In this document: positions 1-7,538 of the stretch, piece after piece
Layout of the letters: each line of letters opens with the position of its first letter
How positions within the stretch are numbered: position 1 is the stretch's first letter
Source: an uncultured archaeon
Lineage (GTDB): Archaea > Asgardarchaeota > Lokiarchaeia > Sigyniarchaeales > Promethearchaeaceae
NCBI GenBank assembly: GCA_964426185.1
Contig: CAYRPF010000013.1
Location: forward strand, 1 to 32,000
Length of the DNA stretch: 32,000 nucleotides
Direction: 5' to 3'
Position numbers and translations under genes: made by a program
Notes under the pieces: generated by a model
What the model saw: the letters and a program-made list of their open reading frames with translations, nothing else
Told to the model about the DNA's origin: nothing
The model's database searches: none

Positions 1-620
1 GAAATCATACTACATTATTCAAATTGACTCAAAAGAATCAATTGAACAAAATTTTACCATGGGACCAATGCACATGCAAAAGCATGTCGAGTGATTTGGT
101 ATCATTCAAACATTTCAATCAGAGATTGATGCATTAAATGCCAATGTTGAATATGTTTTTCACTCTGATATCAAACAAGCGATTTGCTTCTGGTTTTTCT
201 AAGCAGTTACTTGAAAGATATTGCAAATTAAATTTCGAGTAATTTAGTCATATAAAATGACTAATTCACACAATATCTAATTATATACGCTATTTAAAGT
301 TAATGTCGGAAATTCATAAACTTTAAATTCATTGCGATTCTTTTTAAGGTTTTTTATGTTGTTTCTAATTTTTCATTCATTAAATTTAGTTGAAATTATG
401 TGATTTAGAGAAATAGATTTCAGAAAAATTTTCAAGAAGATGATATTCCCAATCTTTCACTTAGTTAGTTATGGTAATTCAATTGAGAAGTGACAGAACG
501 TATTTAGGTAATTGTGCTAAGGTATCATGAGCATGACTGACTGAGGGATAATAATTTGTTTACAATGGGATAGTAGATCATACGACTAAAGGATAAGTAT
601 GAAAAAAGTGGTATTTAAAA

Positions 621-1376
621 TTAAATCTCCATTTTTATATCATAAGTTCCTTGAGAAATTGTATATTTGGAGATAGGAGTATTACAATAAGCACACAATA
701 ACTTTGAAGTATCATTTGGGTGGATACTTCCTGAGTAAGAATAATTTAGCCCTTTAATGAGCAAGTGATGACACGAGGGACAGCGATAACAAAGATGATG
801 TTGATTGATTTTATAATAATGTCGAAAGATATCTTCATCAGACATACCCATAGTTTTTGGGATGTATTGATTGATGGGATCGTTTCTGCGGCTCATATAA
901 AAAGCGTCTTCTCCATCTCGATAATAATGACTGATAATTCGGATTTTCTCATAGCCATGCACATCTTCATATAGACGAATTGCACCGGAATTTGAAACTC
1001 GAACTTCTAAAACGAATTCAGAAATTTTGTATTTTAAGACAACTTTCATGCTTTCTCGTAAAAGCCGCGAAGCAATACCTTGACGTCTATATTTAGGAAG
1101 AACCGCAAGTGATACTAAATGGGCCTTTTTTACATAATCTAAACCAAACGATGAAGAACCTCTTTCAATTCGCCACATGATATATCCTAAAATATTTTGT
1201 GGATGTTCACGATCGTAGGCTAGCAAAAATGAATCTGGGTATCGTTCTAAGATTTGCTCATAAAAGAATAGAGGATAATTTTCAGGGAGTGTCGTTTCAT
1301 TAATTTCCATAACCTTAGGTATATCATAGGATAGGCATGGACGAACAGCAAATATTGGATGAAGAACGTCGATCAT
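621..1376 (-). CDS. Archaeal Ard1/Naa10-like N-alpha-acetyltransferase (GNAT, RimI family) with a C-terminal Zn-ribbon-like extension
   Basis: LPENY motif, acetyl-CoA loop AVLPKYRRQGIA, LEVRVSN..AIRLY and YYRDGEDA. About 90 extra C-terminal residues contain CPSC...CAYC. Confidence 0.9.
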   Translation of the reverse strand: MIDVLHPIFAVRPCLSYDIPKVMEINETTLPENYPLFFYEQILERYPDSFLLAYDREHPQNILGYIMWRIERGSSSFGLDYVKKAHLVSLAVLPKYRRQGIASRLLRESMKVVLKYKISEFVLEVRVSNSGAIRLYEDVHGYEKIRIISHYYRDGEDAFYMSRRNDPINQYIPKTMGMSDEDIFRHYYKINQHHLCYRCPSCHHLLIKGLNYSYSGSIHPNDTSKLLCAYCNTPISKYTISQGTYDIKMEI

Positions 1377-1417
1377 TTTTACATTAACTCGAAGATAAAT
1401 GAAAAAGAATGATATTA

Positions 1418-2188
1418 TTATTGAGTCTTTAAATACTTAATAATATATTCAACCGAATGTTTGAGATTTTTAGGCTGATCAAAGTTGGAAATAAGCTGTT
1501 CTAAGAGATCTCGAGAGAGAGTTTGAATTCTTTTGCCTATTGTAATCATTTGGGGAATTACACGAATTAAATTATCCACTATTGTTAGATGAGCTTTCTG
1601 TGCCGTTCGACTTAATGGATTTAAATCAATTGCAATTACATATTTCCCTGCAGCTACCAAAGCTTCAGTACGGTCTCCATCTTCTAAAGGAACTACAACC
1701 ACATCCGCTTGATAAATTCCTCTAGGATCCACAATTCTTCTGTTGGAAGAAAGATGAGAAAGTTGTTTAGGTTCGAAATCTCCCACACCCAGTAAATCAG
1801 TGGCCCCATAACTTTGAAGTAATTGGGTAATAGCATCTAAACGTCCTTCTGCTTGATAAAAGATGTTAATTTCTAAAGGAATATGAAAAATTTGAGAAAA
1901 TTCTACTAATTCTTTTCCTACCAATGCCGCTACATTTCCATTTACACTAATAATGGGGTGTTTTGCGGTCAATAATACTGCCATGGCAGCTTCCATGCTT
2001 TTTTCAGCTATGGGAGTGGTACGTTCTCCGATTAAATAATCAAATGCCTCACCTCTGCCATGGGCACACAAACCGGAAGGGGTTACAATTTTCTGGTGCA
2101 TTGCTTCTACAAGAAGATGTCTATAATGTAAGGATTTTGCCCGAGGGTGATCATCGGGTATAATGGGAATTCCATTGGAAGTATCCAT
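1418..2188 (-). CDS. Phosphopantothenate synthetase (4-phosphopantoate--beta-alanine ligase, archaeal PPS)
   Basis: IP.DHPR..SL, GL.AHGRGEAFDYLIGE, ISVNGN, VPLEDGDR, IDLNPLSRT and IVDN motifs. Start moved to ATG 2188 (MDTSNG); the ORF track starts at 2236. Confidence 0.93.
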   Translation of the reverse strand: MDTSNGIPIIPDDHPRAKSLHYRHLLVEAMHQKIVTPSGLCAHGRGEAFDYLIGERTTPIAEKSMEAAMAVLLTAKHPIISVNGNVAALVGKELVEFSQIFHIPLEINIFYQAEGRLDAITQLLQSYGATDLLGVGDFEPKQLSHLSSNRRIVDPRGIYQADVVVVPLEDGDRTEALVAAGKYVIAIDLNPLSRTAQKAHLTIVDNLIRVIPQMITIGKRIQTLSRDLLEQLISNFDQPKNLKHSVEYIIKYLKTQ

Positions 2189-2262
2189 ATCTAAATAAAT
2201 CCTCCATAAATAATAAAATTGATAATTTATGTGCATTTTAGTTACTTAGGATTTGTTGCTTT

Positions 2263-3534
2263 ATGTCGGATATAACCGCTGATGATTCTCAATACAAACG
2301 TTATCTTTTAAAAAAAAACCTCGAAGTCTTGAAAAATAAGTCGGGATTTCATACTGCGTTAATTTCTTTAATGATTCCACCTACTCGTAAGGTTTTCGAT
2401 GTTATCTCATATCTCAAAAAGGAAATTGGTGAAAGTTCAAACATCAAATCCAAAGGTAATCGTAAAAATGTAATTGATAGCATTACCGCCTTAATCGGAC
2501 AACTCCGGAACATCAAAGAAATTCCCCCCAATGGATTAATTATGTATTCAGGGCAAATTCCTGAAGATAATAAGCCAGGAACTGAAAGAAGTGAACTCTA
2601 TATCATTGAACCACCTGAACCTATAACGAATTTTAAATATTATTGTGCCTCCGAATTTTTATTAGACCCATTATACAATATGGTAGAAGAGAAAGGAACG
2701 TATGGAATAATAAATATTGAAAATAAAGAAGCGGCCATCGGGTGGGTTAAAGGGAGCCATTTGGAGATTGCTAAAACACTAACCTCTGGAGTTCACAGTA
2801 AACATAATGCAGGAGGTCAATCTCAAAGAAGGTTAGAGCGTCTGATTGAAGAAGGCGCACAAGCATTTTACAAACGTGTGGGAGAGATTTCTAACCAGAT
2901 TTTCTTAGAAATCGACGATCTTGAAGGAATTTTCATTAGCGGTGCTGGAATGGCTAAAGAGAAATTTGTGAAAAAAGGAGTGCTTGATTACCGCCTTCAA
3001 GATAAGATATTAGATTTCGTTGATGTGAGTTATTCGGGCGAAGCAGGAATTCGTGAAACTGTCATAAAAATTCAAGATAAACTTCAAAATTTGCGCTATG
3101 TGCAAGAAAAGAAGATTTTTAATCGATTTATGGAAGAAATCTCCAAAGATTCCGATATGGCAATATATGGAGAAAAAGAAGTAAGAAAAGCCTTAGAAAC
3201 TGGAGCCGTAGATATTCTTATTTTATCTGAAGGGCTAAATAAAAGTCGGGTAACGATTACATGTGAACAATGCGGTTATGAAGAAGTGTATACTATTGAT
3301 CCACAAGATATATTGAATTTTACCGAAAAATACAGAATAACTCATTGCCCCAAATGCAATTCCACTTCTTTTCAAGTTAGTAAGGAAATCGACATCATTG
3401 AAGATTTAGGGAAAATTGCTGAAATTCAAGGGACACATGTCAAGATATTTTCCACCGAAACAGAAGAAGGAACCATGTTAATTTCCACTTTCGGTGGTAT
3501 TGCCGCGCTACTTCGCTACAAGCTCTCGTTCTAA
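2263..3534 (+). CDS. prf1: Peptide chain release factor aRF1
   Basis: NIKS motif, YYC, GGQS catalytic motif, Zn-ribbon minidomain CEQC...CPKC, C-terminal TEEG...FGGIAALLRY. Confidence 0.97.
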   Translation: MSDITADDSQYKRYLLKKNLEVLKNKSGFHTALISLMIPPTRKVFDVISYLKKEIGESSNIKSKGNRKNVIDSITALIGQLRNIKEIPPNGLIMYSGQIPEDNKPGTERSELYIIEPPEPITNFKYYCASEFLLDPLYNMVEEKGTYGIINIENKEAAIGWVKGSHLEIAKTLTSGVHSKHNAGGQSQRRLERLIEEGAQAFYKRVGEISNQIFLEIDDLEGIFISGAGMAKEKFVKKGVLDYRLQDKILDFVDVSYSGEAGIRETVIKIQDKLQNLRYVQEKKIFNRFMEEISKDSDMAIYGEKEVRKALETGAVDILILSEGLNKSRVTITCEQCGYEEVYTIDPQDILNFTEKYRITHCPKCNSTSFQVSKEIDIIEDLGKIAEIQGTHVKIFSTETEEGTMLISTFGGIAALLRYKLSF

Positions 3535-3571
3535 TCAATACATGTAATTTTTTTCAATAATGTTTTTGCAT

Positions 3572-4654
3572 TTATTCAGAATGTAGAACAGCATATCCCA
3601 TTTCAGAGACCTGCACAAATTTCGGTCCAAATGATGGATGATATTTCCCCATGATTGCAGCCACATCCTCCTTTTCTTCCGTCGTACAAAAACAAAATAC
3701 CGATTTTCCCAATTGGTTTAGACTAGCACCCAACTGTGTTGCTTGATTAAGCTCGTTAATTACATTCGCAATTATGGGTAAATGAAGTTTTTCCAGCAAT
3801 TGAGTATTTTGGAGGAAATCACGACATACTTTCATGTAATTTTCCAAGCTCCATTCTTTGTGCATCTGCTCCATAGCTTGCCGGCCTTTTTCGAAAATTA
3901 AGCGTTTATAACTCGGATCGGTGAGAATATATTTGGTAGAAATGGGCCCCCAACTGGCTAAGCCGACATATATATTATCGGGAACCAAAATCTTTTGCAT
4001 TTGGAAAGGATAACCAGGTTCAAGAACTAATGCCAAACCTCCGATAAATTGTCCTGCTACGGTCCCCAAGCCCGTATGATTCTGTACCTCTGCAATATGA
4101 GCATATTGAGCCGCTTCTAATGGTGTCAAACCCAGCTGAAACAATTCATTCAACCCTAACGCAATTCCCAGAGCACCCGCTCCGCTGGAACCATAGCCGG
4201 CACCCAAAGGTAGATCAAATTTATGGATAATCGAAATTCGTGCAGTTGGTGGAAGAAATGAGAGCATCAATTTTAATACAGTGATGGATGTCACAGCACG
4301 ATGGGAGTAATCTTGTTGATTGATCATAATGCGAAAATACAAACATTTTTCTTGCGAACTTGAAGAATTTGCAGTTAATTTCGCAAAGGGAAAATTAATT
4401 GAAGAAAAATCAGAATTTTGCTCAGGAAAATTTGTGTTTGAGTTCATTTGGTCTTTGATAGTTGCTTCATTTCTAATTAATGTAATTCCATAGGCGGTTA
4501 AGGCGGGTCCCCCACCTCGAGACCCAATTTTCAAAGGTAGAATAATATTGGGGGATTTATCGGGATCTTGCATTTGGAAAAACCCCGAAATACGATGCGG
4601 CACTTGAATTTTTACTTGACATGGAAAGGCTTCGATCTGATCTCCATCCACCAT
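3572..4654 (-). CDS. Pantoate kinase (GHMP kinase family, archaeal PoK)
   Basis: VPHRISGFF, GSRGGG, GHMP loop LPLGAGYGSSGAGALG, AHIAEV...TGLGTV and NQLGKSVF. ATG at 4654 preferred over TTG at 4672. Confidence 0.9.
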   Translation of the reverse strand: MVDGDQIEAFPCQVKIQVPHRISGFFQMQDPDKSPNIILPLKIGSRGGGPALTAYGITLIRNEATIKDQMNSNTNFPEQNSDFSSINFPFAKLTANSSSSQEKCLYFRIMINQQDYSHRAVTSITVLKLMLSFLPPTARISIIHKFDLPLGAGYGSSGAGALGIALGLNELFQLGLTPLEAAQYAHIAEVQNHTGLGTVAGQFIGGLALVLEPGYPFQMQKILVPDNIYVGLASWGPISTKYILTDPSYKRLIFEKGRQAMEQMHKEWSLENYMKVCRDFLQNTQLLEKLHLPIIANVINELNQATQLGASLNQLGKSVFCFCTTEEKEDVAAIMGKYHPSFGPKFVQVSEMGYAVLHSE

Positions 4655-4715
4655 TATCCTTTTTCTATTCAAAATCCCAAAAGAATTTTACTACTGAGTA
4701 CCAAAATATACGTGA

Positions 4716-5459
4716 ATGATCATGACTGAACGTAAAATTGTGCTCAAAATGGGAGGTTCACTCCTATTTGATGAAAATTTAGCTTTACGCCTTGATTCTT
4801 TTTCTACAATCGTTAATGTTGTAAAAAAATCGCAGCATGTCGCAGCCGTAGTTATTGGAGGGGGAAAAATCGCCCGAAAATTTATTCAAGCGGCTCGAGA
4901 ATTCCAAGCCAATGAATCGCGATGTGATACATTTGGTATTCAAGCCTCTCGTCTAAATGCCCTTCTGCTAATTACTGCCCTCGATTCACGAGCTTATCCA
5001 GTAGTTATCGAATCTCCCAGAAGTTTTAACCTAAATGCAGTTACCGCCTCAATTTCTCAGCGTATCATGGTAGCTGGAGGTTTTATACCAGGACAAAGCA
5101 CAACATCAGTTACTTTTCAAATTGCAGAAATGCTTGAAGCCACTGATGTGATAATACTCACTGATGTCGATGGAATCTATGATAAAGACCCGAATAAATA
5201 TCAGAATGCAGTAAAATTTGACTCGATTGATATTTCAAAATTAGAAGAAGTAATTTTCGGGAATTCCAGCCATAAACAAGCGGCAGCCGGAGAATACCGC
5301 ATATTTGATGCCGTTTCCTTACAAATTTTGAAACGGAGCAGTTTTAGAGTCCGGTTGATCAATGGAAATGATCCCAACGCACTCCAAACATTGCTGGTCC
5401 AGGAAAATTTCACAGCATCATTTGGAACGACTGTTGTAAAGGAGATGACCAAAAAATGA
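4716..5459 (+). CDS. pyrH: UMP kinase (archaeal type)
   Basis: VLKMGGS, VIGGGKIARKFI, D..GIQASRLNA, GGFIPGQSTT, TDVDGIYDKDP. Confidence 0.93.
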   Translation: MIMTERKIVLKMGGSLLFDENLALRLDSFSTIVNVVKKSQHVAAVVIGGGKIARKFIQAAREFQANESRCDTFGIQASRLNALLLITALDSRAYPVVIESPRSFNLNAVTASISQRIMVAGGFIPGQSTTSVTFQIAEMLEATDVIILTDVDGIYDKDPNKYQNAVKFDSIDISKLEEVIFGNSSHKQAAAGEYRIFDAVSLQILKRSSFRVRLINGNDPNALQTLLVQENFTASFGTTVVKEMTKK

Positions 5460-6505
5460 GCGATTGGAACACAGCTTGGGCATGGCCGTGGTGGTCGATA
5501 ATGGTTACCACTAGTATTGCTAACTTAATAGTGAGTGCAGTGATTTTAAAGAGAAATTTGAGTAGAAATTCCATCCTTTCCACCACATCCACCACCTCTG
5601 CACCCTCTATCAATTCGGATTTAACCTACCGAAGGTGGATGCTGCTCATGGGCTCCATTTTCACCATTGTGGGCGCCTATCGAACCGTATTTGTTTCACA
5701 ATACGGCCCACAGATGGCTTGGTTTGATAGTATCGCAAATAGCTCGCTATTGATTCGAATTCTTGCCATATTTGCAGAAATGTCGTTTAGCGGACTGATT
5801 GCCTTTGTAATGCTGAAATTTAATACTTATCTACCCGCATCTGAAGACAGCCCAAACCCACATACAGAGAAATTTAAAAAATTTTTCTTAACTAAAAGTC
5901 CATATGTATTAGTCATTTGCATCTTTTTGGCACAATTCTTCGCCACCAGTGCAGTTATCACCAAATTTACTTTCTTATTCGCCATTGAAGAAACATTGTG
6001 GTCGATAGGATTCTTGTCGGTTCTCCCACTGGCAATTATTCAACTTAAGCGAATCATCGCGGTCAAAGATGAAGAAACTGCCCAGCGTTTGCAAATGTTG
6101 AAGATATCCGCAATAGTCATACTCGGATGGTGCATTATTTACTGCAGTTATGGATTATTCTATCATTTACCTGGAATCTGGACGCGCGAAATTGCAAAAT
6201 TGCAAGTGGGATATCCCGAAATAAAAACGGGAATGAGCGCTATAATTGACGCCTTTACCATTGTTCATGAATCAAAATTATACAGCGATTGGGGCTTCGG
6301 CTTCCTACTTTGGCACTCCGCCTATTTCAGCGTTTGTGTCTGGATTTCAATTTATTTAATGCAGGCGCCCCGCCCCCAAGAATCAAAATCTAAAATAAAA
6401 ATCCGCTCATTGCAAGGAAGAAAATTGACCACCTTTTTGATCATTATGGCCATCTTAGCAATCTTAGCAATACTAACGCTGATAAGCATCCCCGCTTTTA
6501 CATAA
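5456..6505 (+). CDS. Hypothetical polytopic membrane protein (about 8-9 TM)
   Basis: 349 aa with many hydrophobic segments. ATGA overlap with the pyrH stop; AGGAGA upstream. Confidence 0.8.
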   Translation: MSDWNTAWAWPWWSIMVTTSIANLIVSAVILKRNLSRNSILSTTSTTSAPSINSDLTYRRWMLLMGSIFTIVGAYRTVFVSQYGPQMAWFDSIANSSLLIRILAIFAEMSFSGLIAFVMLKFNTYLPASEDSPNPHTEKFKKFFLTKSPYVLVICIFLAQFFATSAVITKFTFLFAIEETLWSIGFLSVLPLAIIQLKRIIAVKDEETAQRLQMLKISAIVILGWCIIYCSYGLFYHLPGIWTREIAKLQVGYPEIKTGMSAIIDAFTIVHESKLYSDWGFGFLLWHSAYFSVCVWISIYLMQAPRPQESKSKIKIRSLQGRKLTTFLIIMAILAILAILTLISIPAFT

Positions 6506-6590
6506 CTACGGATCTGAACAACTATGGCCATTAAATGACAATCAAGGCAGTACCCCTCTCCATACCCCATTTTAGTGCCATAAATTTTTT

Positions 6591-6608
6591 ATGGGCTCGC
6601 CCATTTTT
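6591..6608 (+). terminator. Short hairpin followed by a T-run; possible terminator of the membrane-protein gene
   Basis: ATGGGC-TC-GCCCAT then TTTT. Overlaps a second inverted repeat, CCATAAA-TTT-TTTATGG (6578-6594). Confidence 0.3.
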
Positions 6609-6650
6609 CAACTCACATCTGAGCAATTTCACCTCGCTCTCACGCGAATG

Positions 6651-6664
6651 AACCGCTTATATAT
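6651..6664 (+). promoter_or_regulatory. BRE/TATA promoter of tRNA-Leu(CAA)
   Basis: AACCGC-TTATATAT; the TATA element ends about 25 nt before the mature 5' end at 6690. Confidence 0.6.
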
Positions 6665-6689
6665 GTCTAAAACCTTCTCAAACTTACGT

Positions 6690-6833
6690 GCAGGGGTAAC
6701 CAAGCTGGTCAAATAGTTGCAAATTTTGCAATCGACTACCGGTGCGGGACTCAAGATCATAGTTCTGAATTCAGAACTACCAAGAGTGATCCCGTTGCAT
6801 AGGCATACATGGGTCCGAATCCCATCCCCTGCA
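6690..6833 (+). tRNA. tRNA-Leu(CAA) with two introns: D-loop intron 6713-6739 (27 nt) and canonical 37/38 intron 6756-6788 (33 nt)
   Basis: Acceptor GCAGGGG/CCCCTGC+A; D-stem ACC/GGT; anticodon stem CGGGA/TCCCG with CT-CAA-GA; variable arm TGC-ATAG-GCA; T-arm ATGGG-TCCGAAT-CCCAT. BHB-like junctions GGTC-AA^A...GACT-AC^C and CTCA-AG^A...AGAG-TG^A. Spliced length 84 nt; no encoded CCA. Confidence 0.93.
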
Positions 6834-7148
6834 CTATTTTGGCTCCAGCACCCAGAAATGAAGTGTAATGTTTTTCAGCGATCCCAACTCTACTTTTCAA
6901 TCCCCCCCATAACCCAATTTCTCATAAGGGATTTGTTTTGGACTGGGCAAAGGTATAGTAAAATAAAAATCGAAATGGATATATCTTTCCGTATCATCAC
7001 CTAATAGTTATTCTACCACATACTTGACAAGTCGATCACAGTCAAAAGCAGAAAAAATCGACCACGTCGACCCAACTCGCCAAACCCATTAGTTAGATTA
7101 GAATTTGATTAATTGCCGTGAATAATTTTCACTGGATGCTGGAAATAG

Positions 7149-7281
7149 TGCAGGGGGTGCGCTTCGAACGCACGTACTCCTTGAGACGGGATCTTAAGTC
7201 CCGCGCCGTTAGACGGTCTGACCCGACGAATTCGATCTCGAAGGATTCCAACAACCATTGACCAGGCTTGGCTACCCCTGC
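7149..7281 (-). tRNA. tRNA-Leu(TAA) with a 49-nt D-loop intron (7209-7257)
   Basis: Reverse complement reads GCAGGGG TA GCC AAGCCTGGTCAA [intron] C GGC G CGGGA CT TAA GA TCCCG T CTC AAG GAG TAC GTGCG TTCGAAG CGCAC CCCCTGC A. Relaxed BHB GGTC-AA^T...GTCT-AA^C. Spliced length 84 nt. Confidence 0.93.
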
Positions 7282-7435
7282 ATGAAAAAACGTATTGTAA
7301 TTAAGAAGGAATAAAAGCCTTCCAATCATCATAGTATCCTTTGGGAGGATCTCCGATCTGAGGTGATGAATGGGGGACGGAATAAAAATATTATGGAACT
7401 ATTATGGGGCAGCTGGGCGAGTTAGGAAAAATGTC

Positions 7436-7487
7436 TATTTAGCCTTGAATAGCCATACCCTTGAATGACCTTGAATAGCTTATTTAG
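7436..7487. repeat. Three CCTTGAAT direct repeats bracketed by two TATTTAG copies
   Basis: CCTTGAAT at 7443, 7459 and 7469 (the first and third extend to CCTTGAATAGC); TATTTAG at 7436 and 7481. Confidence 0.7.
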
Positions 7488-7490
7488 ACT

Positions 7491-7531
7491 AAAGAAAGAA
7501 AAAGAAAAAGAGATGAAAAAGAAAAAAAGAG
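7491..7531 (-). terminator. T-rich pyrimidine tract downstream of the MFS gene (archaeal-type terminator)
   Basis: About 40 nt of almost pure purines on the + strand, i.e. oligo-T runs on the - strand, just after the stop at 7539. Confidence 0.5.
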
Positions 7532-7538
7532 TGTTCTA

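Noticed and set aside
2305-2320. Slippery-looking TTTTAAAAAAAAAC near the aRF1 5' end (possible autoregulatory frameshift)
   Set aside because: The aRF1 frame is intact without shifting, and A-runs are common in this AT-rich sequence.
6717-7004. 95-aa ORF on the + strand
   Set aside because: Overlaps tRNA-Leu(CAA); no protein motifs.
7129-7332. 67-aa ORF on the - strand
   Set aside because: Runs through tRNA-Leu(TAA).
7358-7370. CTGA / GTGATGA resembling C/D-box sRNA motifs
   Set aside because: The boxes are in the wrong order and no downstream D box lies at a suitable distance.
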